Source: Octopus bimaculoides (taxonomy: Eukaryota). From it: DNA of 64,000 nucleotides. Under the pieces are notes generated by a model that had not been told where the DNA came from, did not search any database, and saw only the letters and a list, made by a program, of their open reading frames with translations. Below are positions 25,527-38,480 of the stretch, piece after piece (positions within the stretch are counted from its first letter, which is position 1; the number at the start of each line of letters is the position of its first letter). The position numbers were made by a program, and so were the translations under genes. The DNA is taken from NCBI RefSeq assembly GCF_001194135.2, contig NC_068986.1, positions 4,283,735 to 4,347,734 of the forward strand, written 5' to 3'.

Positions 25527-25610
25527 AATCCTGAGACAAGTCATCGATATGAGGATTTTGGTTATACTACTGGAGGTGCCCATGTTATATATCTTGTTGA
25601 CATGGAATGA
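25527..25610 (+). CDS. Candidate terminal exon, product unknown
   Basis: Acceptor CTGATTGATTCATCTTAG and phase-0 frame NPETSHRYEDFGYTTGGAHVIYLVDME*. AATAAA near 25926. A second frame is also open. Confidence 0.25.
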   Translation, partial: NPETSHRYEDFGYTTGGAHVIYLVDME

Positions 25611-26421
25611 TTTGAGCCTAGATGTTCAAGCTGATAAAATACTCATCCATTTATTAGTCTCTTCTCTGTAGTCTGTAAGTTTCCTCTAGATGAACAAATG
25701 CAGTGACCGTGTTTGAAATATGGACCTGTGGTTGCTGATTAATTTTTATTCCTCTATTGGTTCATGGTACACTGCTACCCAGTCGTTAAGAATAGGATGT
25801 TCCCATGTTATTTGATTAAGTAAATGACTAACAAAATGGCCGACATAATAACATTGGGAAATATCCCAAAGATGCCTTCTGCTTGAGAGAAATACAGCGA
25901 AGTGCAGGTTAAGATATTTAGTGTAATAAATAAAAACAGAGTAGTTAATCACTTGAAAGTACAAATTTTGAAATGAACTAATCAATGAATAATTTTTACG
26001 CCAAAGCTATAAATACAATGAGATATTCAAGCCACTATTTAAGATATTTCCTTATCTTTGACATTTACATAAAAACTGTCTACTTTAAATTCATTCTTGA
26101 TCTGTTGGCTATATGCTAGACAGTACTTCACTGAGGTGGTCTGATAAGACTGAAACATGTCCAGAGTTGTCACTGTACTTATCATTTTAAATTTTTGAGT
26201 TTTCTTGCCAAGAATTGTCACTAACACTATTGATGTCCCTTTTCAATATGGCTGTAATTTCAATTGATTTAACTTCTCCTTGTGTCACTTCCTTAAGTAT
26301 ATTAACCTGTACTTAACTATAAGATCTATGTAGTGTGATTCTATCAATTGCTCAGTATCTATCCCTGGATAATCTACTGCAATCTCAGCTTTCATTTCTT
26401 TAATATTCATATTAAGTGAAT

Positions 26422-26640
26422 AGAGTGTGGCCTAGTGTCTAGGATGTTGCACTTGTGATCTCAAGATCATGGTTTTGATTCCCAGGGCAGGCAGTGTTTT
26501 GTGTTCATGAGCAAAACATTTCATTTTACATTGCTTCAGTTCACTCAGCTGTATCTAGGTAGCACTGCAATGGACTGGCAATCTGTAACCTTGGCCACCT
26601 ATGCATCATGGTAACCAGGTAACTAGTTCTATCGGTCCTA
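26422..26640 (+). mobile_element. SINE family C, decayed
   Basis: Homologous to 8326-8580. Confidence 0.7.
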
Positions 26641-26722
26641 GAACTCAGAACAGTAATCGATTACATACTAATTACACAGATGCTAACTTGGAAAGCCAGA
26701 TCCTATCTTGATCCCATTTTAA

Positions 26723-26942
26723 CCTTTTAGCATTCAAATTACTTTGTCAAATATAATACTTATTTATTCATGCTGTTTTGAATTAATCCTGTATTATCTC
26801 ATATGTTTGTGATTTCAGTGATATGATTGTATATTTTTAAAATGACATTATATGGTAGGTGTAAGAGGCTGGCTCTTGACAGTTCAAACCTAAAACAGGT
26901 AGAATATGTGGCATGGACATGGCTGGTTTAAATGCTATAGGG
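26723..26942 (+). mobile_element. TTAA-flanked MITE family A
   Basis: TTAA|CCTTTTAGCATT...AATGCTATAGGG|TTAA. Confidence 0.85.
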
Positions 26943-27193
26943 TTAATGTAATCATTCACAACCTTGCTCACACTTATCTATGTGTCATAACCAATTGTTT
27001 AGTTAGTTACCTGTGTGTCACTTATCTCATTAATCAGAGCTGACCTGGAACTAAGCAAACAATGTTTCATTGTAGTACAGTCATGTTTTACTATTTTTCC
27101 AATAAATAAGGGTTCTCAGTTGTTTTCTTATTATTCTCATTTTTATGAACCACTTCAACTTACAGTTAAGGAAATTAAACCAAATTTAATTAA

Positions 27194-27411
27194 CTCTTCA
27201 ACAGATTTCTTTATCAAAATGTATTTGCTTATATAGTCACATTGTTTTGAACTAATCATGCAGTATCTTGTAGCTTCAAGATTTCAGTGGTGTGCCTGTA
27301 TATTTTTAGAATGACATTGTTGGATAGATGTGAGAGGTTGGACATGGCTGGTTTGAACTTAAAACAGGAAGATTATTTGGGTCAAATATAGCTGGATTAA
27401 ATGCTAAAGGG
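27194..27411 (+). mobile_element. TTAA-flanked MITE family A
   Basis: Right end AATGCTAAAGGG|TTAA with the same internal sequence. The left end is degenerate. Confidence 0.75.
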
Positions 27412-28323
27412 TTAAACATCAAAAAATGCAACTTAACAAGAAACAATTAGAATAAGAAAATATATGAACACATAGTGACAAACCCTAATGTTTAATACGC
27501 CTGTGATATGTGGTTGAGGATTTTTTTAATGCTGGACCACTGGTGATCCAAGAGTCAACAGTGGAAAACTGACTTAAAACAAAGGCAGCTGTATATTGGG
27601 GTAACACTTTTCTCCAGTTACTCCCTCATTTACACCAACGATTTACTTTTCGTCATGATTCTCATTGTTACAACAGCAGAGAACATTAGAAAACATTCTA
27701 CAATTAATTTCTCTCTTGGTTTGATATATCTGATGTTTTAACTTCTTCGTTAGCTTCACAATATTTATTCCAGGTTATCCAAATTTTTGGTTGATAATGT
27801 CAGGGCTAGTTTGTGTCAACATGAGTGAACTATGATAAATTCAATCTTAAGCTTTTAGTTGAATGAGATTATCTTTCAATAGGACTTGAGTAGATAGTGC
27901 TGGGATAAATTTCGCTAAAGCTTCTTATCTACGTTCTGATAAAGCAGCTGGCAAAGAATCTATTGAAACATCTCAATTGAATCCTGTTTCAAATCAAAGC
28001 ATTGCTTAGACTGCTACTTTCATGCAGTAATTTAGTTAGTTGTCACGTAATCTGCTTTTATTCTAGGTTTCATTCATCTATTCCACCTGATACTAATGCT
28101 AAGATCTTAATCAAGATGACTTTGGTAATTTCAAAGAACAATAGATTCTAGCATAGGTGATGAACATTCTAGAATATCATAACAGCATGCAATATATTTT
28201 CAAAGGCATCACACTATTTAAATGTTCTCTTCTTTATTCACATTTTAATTACAGTCTCATGTTCATTTAGAAAATTTCAAATTCATTCATAACTGCTAAT
28301 AAATTTATACACGTTCTTTCTAA

Positions 28324-28460
28324 TTTTGGCACAAGGCCAGCAGTTCTGAGGTGAGGGGGAAGTTGATTACATTGACCCCTGTGTTCAGCTGGTACTTATT
28401 TTATCAACCCTGAAAGGATGAAAGGTGAAGTCAATCTCAGCTGCATTTGAACTCAGAACA
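28324..28460 (-). mobile_element. SINE family B
   Basis: GGTACTTATTTTATCAACCC.GAAAGGATGAAAGG...TTTGAACTCAGAAC. Confidence 0.75.
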
Positions 28461-28599
28461 TGGAGAGCTTGAATTTAAAAATCCTGCAACAAAAGACAAG
28501 TTATCAGCGCCCGAGAGTTCTTAAGGTTGATCAATCTCAAGTTCTAGGATTGAATGGTAGTCAAATGATGGAAATGGAAAATGTGCTAGTAAACACCAT

Positions 28600-29032
28600 C
28601 ATCATCATTGTTTAACATCTGCTTTCTATGCTGGCATGGGTTGGACGGTTTAACATGGAGCTGACTAGCAGGGAGCTATCCAGACTCCAACTGTCTGTTG
28701 TGGCATAGTTTCTACAGCTGGATGCCCTTCCTAATGCCAATCACTTAACAGAGTGTGCTGGGTGCTTTATACATGCCACCGGCACAGGTATGTTTATGCA
28801 GGTGTGTTTATGCAGCACCAGCATGAGTGCATTTACACAGCACTGGCATGGGTGTGTTAATGTAGCACCAACATAGGTGCTTTTTAAGTGGCACCAATAC
28901 CTGAAAGAACAAGCTTGTATGTGTAGAAAGCAGTGATTTTGTTTCGCTTGATGTGCCTTATCAAGTACAGCAAATCGCCACATTTCCTGATCCCTTGTCA
29001 ATTCCTCAATGAGTCCTCTGCTGATACTGATG
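28600..29032 (-). mobile_element. RTE LINE 3' end
   Basis: GLIEELTRDQEMWRFAVLDK C-terminus, UTR modules and (CAT)n tail. Confidence 0.85.
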
Positions 29033-29033
29033 T

Positions 29034-29312
29034 GAAGGCACATGGCTTTGTGGTTAGGATATTCGCATGTTGTGTCCTTGAGCAAGACACTTTATTTCAC
29101 ATTGTTCTAGTTAACTCAGCTGGCAAAAATGAGTTGTACCTGTATTCCAAAGGGTCAGCCTTGTCACATTGTGTCACGCTGGGTCTCCCTGTGAACTACG
29201 TTTAAGGGTACACGTGTCTGCGGGGTGATCCGCACATTAATTTCATGAGCAGGCTGTTCTATTCATTGGATCAACTGGAACCCTTGTCGTTGTAACTGAT
29301 GCAGTGCTAGTT
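29034..29312 (+). mobile_element. SINE family C variant (same head, different body)
   Basis: CATGGCTTTGTGGTTAGG...TCCTTGAGCAAGACAC...CAGCTGGCAAAAATGAG. Confidence 0.7.
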
Positions 29313-29328
29313 ATTGAAACTGATACTA

Positions 29329-29677
29329 TAGGGTGGTCCAAAAGTCATGTCACCCTCTACTGAAAAGCACTAAAAACAATAGAGGAAGAATATAATATCA
29401 AACACATGTACTGGCTTTAGTATATTCACTTTCATTGACACTGACACTCACACATTGAGAAGGTCTGTACGAACACCATCATTATCATGGCACAAAATGA
29501 TGCAGTGCCATGTCTTGTGTGATATTTTACGAAGCTGTTGGTGTTCATACAGATCTTCTCGATGTGTGACAGTGTCAGTGTCAATGAAAGTGAATATACT
29601 AAAGCCAGTACATGTTTGATATTATCATATTGTTCCTCTATAGTTTTTTTTACTTTTCAGTAGGGGGTACCACCCTG
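29329..29677. mobile_element. Tc1/mariner-type MITE, almost entirely a hairpin
   Basis: TA|TAGGGTGG...CCACCCTG|TA. The arms (~150 bp) are reverse complements, near-perfect over ATATCAAAC...GAACACCA. Confidence 0.9.
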
Positions 29678-29721
29678 TAGTAGCCCAGTTAAATTTTTTT
29701 AAATTTAACTTTGATATTTAA

Positions 29722-29941
29722 CCCTTTAGCATTCAAATGTAATGCTTATCTATTCCCATTGTTTTGAATTAATCATGCATTATCTTGTAGCTACAATATT
29801 TTAGCTACAATATTTCAATGATGTTATTGTTTATTTTAAAAATAACATTGTAGGCTTGATGTGAGAAGCCAGATCTGGCTAGTTTGAGCATAAAACATGG
29901 AGAATATTTGGGCCAGAGATGCTCTTATAAATACTGCAGAA
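29722..29941 (+). mobile_element. TTAA-flanked MITE family A
   Basis: TTAA|CCCTTTAGCATTC with a degenerate right end before TTAA. Confidence 0.75.
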
Positions 29942-30024
29942 TTAACATTTTTGGTGTTAGATTCTTTCCATCAGCTTAGATGCAGGCAGAGGTATTAACA
30001 TAAATTTTAACATATCTGCATCTC

Positions 30025-30060
<36 letters not shown>

Positions 30061-30282
30061 ACGCATGTGGATATGCATACTTGCTGTCATGAATATGGGT
30101 TCACTAACTGATATAGATACACACAAAGTACAGATCAATTCATATTCAAACACATTCATATTAGATATACATAAAAATGAAAAGAGTTGGATGAAAATTT
30201 AAAATTCAAATTAGTGAAACAAAGCCTTTTAACGTGAATCGCATCGAACTTAAGGGCAATATCAATTTCTTTCTGCATATCA

Positions 30283-30294
<12 letters not shown>

Positions 30295-30364
<70 letters not shown>
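30295..30364. repeat. (TA)n microsatellite
   Basis: Direct reading. Confidence 0.95.
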
Positions 30365-30366
<2 letters not shown>

Positions 30367-30489
30367 TAAATATACAGGGATTAGCTTGAGTTGCTTCTCC
30401 AACATACTGAAAATTTAGAAATAGCAGTCAAAGAACTACTGATTCTAAACTACAAATTTTTTCTCTAATTGACGATTCCCTGCCCTATA

Positions 30490-30520
<31 letters not shown>

Positions 30521-31439
30521 GTAATTGTAAATTCAAATGTGTGTGTGTATCTTGTTTTTCTTAATGTTTTTTTTTTTTCACTATTTCGATCCTTCTTATA
30601 AAGAAAGACAAGCCTTCTAATCACAAAGAAATCGTTAGCAATGGAATTTAGATACCAGCAATGGAGATGAATTATTTGTTGAGCTACAATGTATGTACAT
30701 ATATAGATATATATACCTAGACATATATATATGTGTCTATTTATTCATGTATTTATACATGTATACATGTCTGTATGTATGCACTTATGTGTTTGTGTGT
30801 GTGCGCGCATGTACAAAAGAAGCTGCAGGTTCATTAAGGAATAGTTACTGATTTACTGAAAGTACGTCACTCTATCAGTTATTCTGCTAGTTAACTGCAG
30901 GAAGTTGTCTTTCTTACTCACTGATGCAGCTGTACTGTCTATTATGAACTGCTGCAGAATTAAAGAACAGGTGCACTAGAGCAGAAAAATGTTAGTAGCC
31001 ACAAGTATATGGACAAATGTTACTGTGCTGCAGCCATTAGTGTGGAAGCAATAGTTACATTGGCTCAGACACATTTCTGGTTTCTACTGGAATGTGAAAC
31101 CACATGTACCAATTCTCTTGCTAAACACAAACATCTATTTGGCATTCATTGACCAAATAGTAGGAACCAACATTCTGTTAATGTTTAGTGCCTGATTCAG
31201 GCTATGCATAAGAATACATTATACACTGTTTGGGTGGTTTTATTGTTTTACTAATGGCTTTATTAGAGAATGAAGAGCAGTTCTCATGGCCCCTTCCAAG
31301 GTCTCTGAGATGCGTAAGATGAAGAGAGGAAGCTTTCCTTAGGCTAGAGCTCCATGGTCTGAATGCTTCCCACAGAATGAGTGATACACTGACTATTAGT
31401 GTCAGTTTTTTGTGGGAAATGAATTATATCTTTTTTCTT

Positions 31440-31617
31440 GTTTCAGTCATTGGACTGTAGCCATGCTGAGGCACCATCTTGGAGGATTCGGCTGAAGGAA
31501 TCAGCCTCAGTACTTTCTCTTTAAGTCTGGGACTTGTTCTGGTTGTATCTTTTGCCAAATTGCTATGTTATAGGGATGTAAACAAACCAACATTTGTTAA
31601 GCAGTGACAAAGGCTCT

Positions 31618-31655
<38 letters not shown>

Positions 31656-31995
31656 ATCATCATCATCATCATCATCATAATCAACATTTAATGCCTGTTT
31701 TCTAAGCTCATATGGGTTGGATGGCTTGGTAGGAACTGGCAAGGCCAGAAGTCTCACCAGATTCCATAGTCTGTTTTGGCTTGGTTTCTACAGTTGGATG
31801 CCCTTCTTAATGTCAATCTCTTCACAGAGTGCACTGGTTGCTATTTATGTGGGATCAGCACCCACACCAATGCTTCTGTACAGTTTTTGTTTTACAAATT
31901 CACTCACATTGGTCAGCCAATGGCTCTGGGTACAGTTGAACTCAAAGCCACATGGTTGCCACACAAGTTTCTTAACCACATAGCCATGCCTGTAC
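31440..31995 (-). mobile_element. SINE family A interrupted by an RTE 3' fragment (~31655-31880)
   Basis: SINE tail, (CA)n, (CAT)n plus RTE UTR, then SINE head remnant TTCTTAACCACATAGCCATGCC. Confidence 0.7.
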
Positions 31996-32229
31996 ATATA
32001 TGGGTAGATGTTTACTAAAACTTTTTCCCTTTTTCCACCTTTTGTCTTTTATTTAGTTCCAGTTTAACAATATTAAAATTTGGGATTTGTTATCCTTGGG
32101 AATTCTTGTGCTGATAACCTGTCTCTCACTGCAAAATTTGTCAAAGCTGCAGAAAATATTTCAATGCTAAGTAAAAAGTATATAGTGAAATGGTTCAAAA
32201 AGTAACATATTAAAGATTTATTAGTTTAG

Positions 32230-32451
32230 CCCTTTTGATATCAACCCACCTGAAACTGCCTCTGGCTTTGTAGTACAAATGTCTTGTTTTCAAAAATTCT
32301 GAATTAAAATCTTCCACCACACCTTAGTCACAATTTATGTTCCTAACACTAGCTTAATGATATTTAAGTTTTTTTTCTGAATTCTTTGTTATATTTAAAA
32401 TCAATTGAAAGAAGCATGGAGCATCTCCACAGAAATATGGTAAAAAAAGGG
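32230..32451 (+). mobile_element. Second CCC..GGG MITE family (related copy at ~61795-62000)
   Basis: TTAG|CCCTTTTGATA...TAAAAAAAGGG|TCAA. Shares CCCACCTGA and TTTATGTTCC.AACAC with the 61.8-kb copy. Confidence 0.6.
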
Positions 32452-32659
32452 TCAAAGTAGAGAGACTACAAAACAGCAGTACTCTGGGAAATAGTGTTGT
32501 TTATATGTAAGAGACAGACTTGTTAGGAACTATGCATCATGTACCCAGTATAAGTAGAGGGTAAGTGGAAGATTCTGTGGTTTTACTGAATGACTGATGG
32601 GGAATGAGGACTCAATCCGTTATCATTCACATTATTCTGGCAAATGTCAGGCTTTTCCA

Positions 32660-32985
32660 TTCTTCATCATCATCATCATCATCATCTTATATCCATTTTC
32701 CATGCTGGCATGGGATGGACGATTGACTGAAAACTGGTAAAACTAGGGAGCTGCACCAGGCTCCAATCTGATTTGGCATGCTTTCTACAGTTGGGTGCTC
32801 TTTCTAATGCCAACCACTCCAAGAGTGTAGTGTGTGCTTGTTATGTGCCACAGGTATGGGTGCCAGTTATGCAGCACTGGCATCCGCCATGACTATGATC
32901 TCACTTGGCTTGACAGGTCTTCTCAAGCACAGTATATTGCCAAAGATCTTGATCACTTGTCACTGCCTCCATGAAGCCCAACATT
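32660..32985 (-). mobile_element. RTE LINE 3' UTR fragment
   Basis: (CAT)n tail, CCATGCTGGCATGGG and CCAACCACTCCAAGAGTGTAG. Confidence 0.8.
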
Positions 32986-33014
32986 TGGTCAGTGCTTTAT
33001 TTGAAATTTGAAAT

Positions 33015-33205
33015 TGACCCTGTCCACTTTGTTTTTAATTAATCTTGCACTGGAATTATAGCTTTGGAATTAAGGTGATATGATAGTATATTTTATAATA
33101 GCATTGAAGGGCAGTGGTGATAGGCTGGATCTGCCTGGTTGGTTGGCTAAAACATAAAACAGGTAACATATTTCGGCTGGAATGGCTGGTTTAAATGCTA
33201 AAGGG
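33015..33205 (+). mobile_element. TTAA-flanked MITE family A, partial
   Basis: Right end GGTTTAAATGCTAAAGGG with a homologous interior. Confidence 0.65.
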
Positions 33206-33310
33206 TTTAGAATGTATTGTTGTTATTAACAGATCCAATTGCGAAATGAAATTGTAAATAGTAGATTGTTTCTATTAGGTGACATAGGTTTATCAGTGCA
33301 GGTGTTCTTT

Positions 33311-33698
33311 TATTCATTTCAGTCATTTTGACTGTGGCCATGCTGGAGCACCACCTTTAGTCTAGCAAATTGACTCCAGGATTTATTCTTTGTAAGCCTA
33401 GTACTTATTCTATTGGTCTCTTATGCTGAACTGCTAAGTTACGGGGGACATAAACACACTAGCATCAATGTCAAACAATGTTGGGACACACACACACACA
33501 CACAAACATATACACACACATACATATATATATATATATACGACGGGCTTCTTTCAGTTTCCGTCTACCAAATCCACTCACAAGGCTTTGGTCGGCCCGA
33601 AGTTATTAGTAGAAGACACTTGCCCAAGGTGCCACGCACCAGGACTGAACCTGGAACCACGTGGTTGGTTAGCAAGCTACTTACCACACAGCCACTCT
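33311..33698 (-). mobile_element. SINE family A, best-preserved copy
   Basis: Full head, core and tail, retaining CpGs (CGACGGGCTTCTTTCAGTTTCCGTCTACC). Confidence 0.9.
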
Positions 33699-35499
33699 TG
33701 TCATGTCTTTTATCAATCATGTTGTTGGACTGAACCCCAAACCATATAACTGGGAAGAAAATTCAGTGTTAGAATTGGTATTAGAAACAGAAGATTCTGT
33801 GGTGTAGTACATGGGCCCTGTATGTGGAGGATCTTCAAAAGTTAGGAGAATGAGTTGCATATGATCCTTTGGTTATATAACAATAATTTACTTGAAAAGA
33901 AGAGCTGAACAGCAAAAGTTATCATGTGAAAGACAACACTTTATGTGCCATGAACTGTTAGCATAGAGTTCTTATTGCAGAAATGAATACACATGTGGAA
34001 GCCATAGAAAAATATGCCTCAGGAAAATTTCATCCGACTCATGCAAGCCTGGAGAAGTGGATGTTAAATGATGATGTCGAGGAGGAGGAGGAGGAGGAGG
34101 AGGAGGAGGATGGTGATGACGTTCACAAAACAGTTTTCATTTCATAAATTTGGTTTTGGTAGATTAGTTCTTGTTTTCTTGTTTGGTTTGGCTCCGTTTA
34201 CAGCTATAGAAACCAAGCCAAATATGTAACTTATGAATGAGATGTGATCCTCTGACCCATCTAGGAATGTGGCAATGACCTCTCCACCTCATGCCAGCTC
34301 ATAAGGTGAGTATATGATGAAAATGATGGTGATGCTGACAAGTTCTTATTTGCTGCTTTTTATGTAAGATTTATTAATATATGCTTTTAGATAACACTAT
34401 TTTAATAGTTTACTGTGTTGTTAAGAAATTTACTTCATAACCAAGTAGTTCTTGGTTTGATCCTACTTCTCAACACCTTGATCAGTATATGTAGCTTTGG
34501 GCTGTGGCATTTGTTCTTCTTGGGAGAGGCATGAATATATCATACAATCTCATTTCATTTGAATGAACTTTGGTCTCTATTTCTGAAAAAAAATTTTTTC
34601 CTAATTATGTATTTTCTTTATTGCATTGGCCAAGAACTAGTTTTTATCATATCAAAATTCTTGTATATACTTAAGAATTACATGTTTAAGCTTATAAAGT
34701 ACTGAATGGTAAAATCAAAAACTATAAACAGTGTTTGATCAAATACCAATTTGGCCTTCAAGTTTTGTCTTCTAGATTTACTTGTAGTTTTGGAAAACTT
34801 TTCATTTATAAACCATTCACCCATATTTAATTTTTCTCATCATTCATCAAAAAATAAAACACAACTACTACTGCTCTGTTCAATTTGCAACTTTTCTACA
34901 TTCACAATTTTTTTACTATTCTTCATTGAAAATTATAACTTACTTTTCCTGATATTTGAAATATGGAATTTATTATGATTATTTTTATTTTGGATTGTTT
35001 TCTTTACTTCTAACAATTAATCAATCTGTGACAATTAAAAATCCAAAATTACTGAACAAATATGATCTAAAATATTACAACAGATTCAATTCAGAGACTG
35101 AACATTTACTAAATATAATGGAAATCTGTTTGACTGTGCAAGAAAGTATTTAATTTTAATTACCTTTTATTTTTTTATTGAATGGTAATTAGGATATTTC
35201 TTAAAATTGTATTTTTTTAATATATTGCCAGCTAAATCAGTGTATCACCTTCTAAAATACGGTAACTTTTCCATTCTCCCAATACAGTATTTTTTTAAGA
35301 ATATCGTTACATCAATTCAATGTCTGAAAAATACCGTATGGCTCTTGCAGCTATGATAAATTAATGTTGGAAAAATATCCCAGGAACATTCACCTTTGGC
35401 ATAATTTTCATTAATTTATTCTTTCAAAAACCTCTAATTATTAAAAGGTTTATAGTTATAATTATTACAAGAATGATTGACCAATTTAGGCATTTTTTA

Positions 35500-35546
<47 letters not shown>

Positions 35547-36769
35547 TAGCTTTTTTACAAATGTCTGGTTGTAAACGTCCATTCCAAAGTTTGAAGATTC
35601 ACACCTTTTCTTGGAAAAGATACAGCAGTAGTTTCCTCTTACCTTTTGTTGCTTTCAAGTTTACCCTTCTAGTCTCTTGCTCTCCCAAGCTTATCTTTGA
35701 GACACAAGTGCTTATGTAACCATTAGGCGGGTGAGCAGGGTGTGGTTCATGTGATATGAGAGCATGTTTAAATAGATATGCTCATAGCTAGTGTGACCTA
35801 TATCTAGGGACCATTCCTCCTCTGAGGCATGTATATCTTAACCACAGCATCATCTTCTGCTATTTGACCCATAACTAAGGACCTTGACCAGTACTATCAC
35901 TCCAGGCCAGAGCTGACCTGTTAGTGGTGGTGACCAGAGGTGTAACTCCATTCAAATGAAAGATTTGGTTTGAATGCTTGCAACAGAAGATTTGCTGAAA
36001 ACACCCAAAATGTTGGTTTGTGGTGATAAACTGGCTGATCAAATTGGCCTGATAGAATTTGAACTCAGTACAGAGAGAGTTGGAACTAATACTGCCAGGT
36101 ATCTATCTGGTTCTTACAGTTTCACTTATCAATCACCATCCTGGATTGATACTTTTGTTATTGATCCTGTAAGACTGAAAGGCTGGATTTAAGAATGGAG
36201 TGCAGAGAGTTGGAACACATTCTATAAAGTATTCCATTTGTTGTGCTAATGATTTTGCCAATTCACTGCCTGTAGATTAACGATGGCACCGACACTGGCA
36301 GTTATTGTTTTAATCAGAACTATATTATAACATGGTGTCACACACGCAATACAATATTTTTACTAATTGACCATTGAAAGATGTTTGTTTATATTTGTTC
36401 TGCTGCAAGCTGTTTTTATATTTGCGTTAACTGTACAATTATTATTTCTCTCATTTTGACCCAAAGCACATATTTTTATATCATGATAATACAACACAAC
36501 AAAATGGATTCCAAGAATACTAAAAGATGGTTCAGAAATATGATTCACCTATTTGATTTTTTTTTTCTTTTCCATCTAATATTGAGTTAAAGAATCTGTT
36601 TTTTATCCAATGGAACAATATGGTTACAAAGTCTAATTGCTATTAATGGACTGCTATAAGAAAAGCATCTTAGCCAGTATGCTGGAAGCAGTTACCTTTA
36701 GCGTTTTTAAGGGACATCCAAATAATTTCTAGAGTTTTTGTTTTCTTAATAGTTTTAGTTTGGAGTCAG

Positions 36770-37600
36770 TTGTATTTATTATATGGGAAATATCATGAGT
36801 ATTTTATGGGCGAATATCATGGGGATTTTATGGGCGAATATCATGGGGATTTTATGGGCGAATATGATGGGGATTTTATGGGTGAATATGATGGGGATTT
36901 TATGGGTGAATATCATGGGGATTTTATGGGTGAATATCATGGGTATTTTATGGGTGAATATCATGGGTATTTTATGGGCGAATATCATAGGTATTTTATG
37001 GGGNNNNNNNNNNTATGGGTGAATATCATGGGTATTTTATGGGTGAATATCATGGGTATTTTATGGGCGAATATCATAGGTATTTTATGGGGGAATGTCA
37101 TGGGTATTTTATGGGGGAATATCATGGGTATTTTATGAGCGAATATCATGGTTATTTTAGGGCAAATATCATGGGGATTTTATGGGTGAATATCATGGGG
37201 ATTTTATGGGGGAATATCATGGGTATTTTATGGGTGAATATCATGGGTATTTTATGGGTGAATATCATGGGTATTTTATGGGCGAATATCATGGGTATTT
37301 TATGGGCAAATATCATGGGTATTTTATGGGCAAATATCATGCGCATTTTATGGGCAAATATCATGTGTATTTTATGAGCAAATATCCTGGATATTTTATG
37401 GGCAAATATTGTGGGTATTCTACAAGCAAATGTCATGGGTATCCTATGGACAAATATTGTGTATTCCATGGGCAAATATCGTGTGTATTCTATGGCCTAA
37501 TGCTGCAGGTATAATTTATAGGCAAAACTCACAGGTATTCTATAGATGAATATATTATCTCATAGTATTATATAGGCAAATATCACAAGTGTTATATAGA
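36770..37600. repeat. 24-bp minisatellite (~30 units, decaying rightwards)
   Basis: Unit TTTTATGGGYGAATATCATGGGKA reads MGEYHG(D/Y)F in one frame. A 79-bp duplicate flanks the N-gap. Confidence 0.95.
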
Positions 37601-38107
37601 TAAATACATTATAACATGGTATTATGTAGCAAATGCATTGTAACATGGTATTACATTGGCTAATATATTAGTTTTCAAACATAGCCTCTGCTACAAATTT
37701 TCATTAGGAAAATGATGGGCGTTGTAAGAGAGTTTATGATATTTAACATAAGTTGAAGTTGCTAAGAAATATGTATTGAACATGTGTCACGTTAACAATG
37801 AGATCTTTCAATGGAATGAAAAATATTGTAAATTATTTCGGGTGGAGAATTCCCAAAGTTATTAAAACCTCAGCTAGAATGCCTTGTAGTATTTGTTCTG
37901 GCTCTAAGCATACTGAGTTCAAATCTCATTAAAATTAACTATTCCTTTTCAAGGCTCAGGATGGTGGATTGCTATAGTTGTTTGGATGTTAGATGAGATC
38001 CCTTATAGTAACTGTTTTGACTCTTTGCGTTCTAACCATGGAGAGATGAGATTTGCATGTGTGAGCAACTGCTAGTCTCCCACAAGAAGTAAGGAGTTCC
38101 CTGATAT

Positions 38108-38480
38108 GTGATCTCTCTTTCTGTTTCCTCTCTCTTTCTCATCCTCTCTCTCCTTTTTCTCTGCCCCTATCTCTCTACCCCTCTCTCTCTTCGCCCCTCT
38201 ATCCCTTCCTCTCTCTCACCTTTCCTTTCTCTCCCTCCCTTCCTGTCTCTCCTTTCTCTCCTCCCCTCTCTTCCCCTCTCTCTCTTCTCTCTCTTCCTCT
38301 CTCTCTTCCCCGCTCTCTTTTCCTCCCTCTCTCTTTTCCTTTCTCTCCCTCCCTTCCCGTCTCTCCTTTCTCTCCTCCCCTCTCTCTCTTCTCCTCCTCT
38401 CTCTTCCCCTCTCTCTCTTCCCCTCTCTCTCTTCACGTCTCTCTTTTCCTCCCTCTCTCTTCCCCTCTCTCCCTCTCTCT
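38108..38480. repeat. Polypyrimidine/polypurine (CT-rich) tract with a duplicated block
   Basis: Direct reading. CTCTCCCTCCCTTCC.GTCTCTCCTTTCTCTCCTCCCC occurs twice. Confidence 0.9.

Noticed and set aside
26040-26410. Protein-like minus-strand text (MNIKEMKAEIAVDYPG...)
   Set aside because: Several stops and frame changes, with no recognisable motif or splice frame.
36770-37600. Reflectin gene
   Set aside because: There are no MDM..Y or reflectin-motif matches; the likeness is compositional only, and a frameshift is present.
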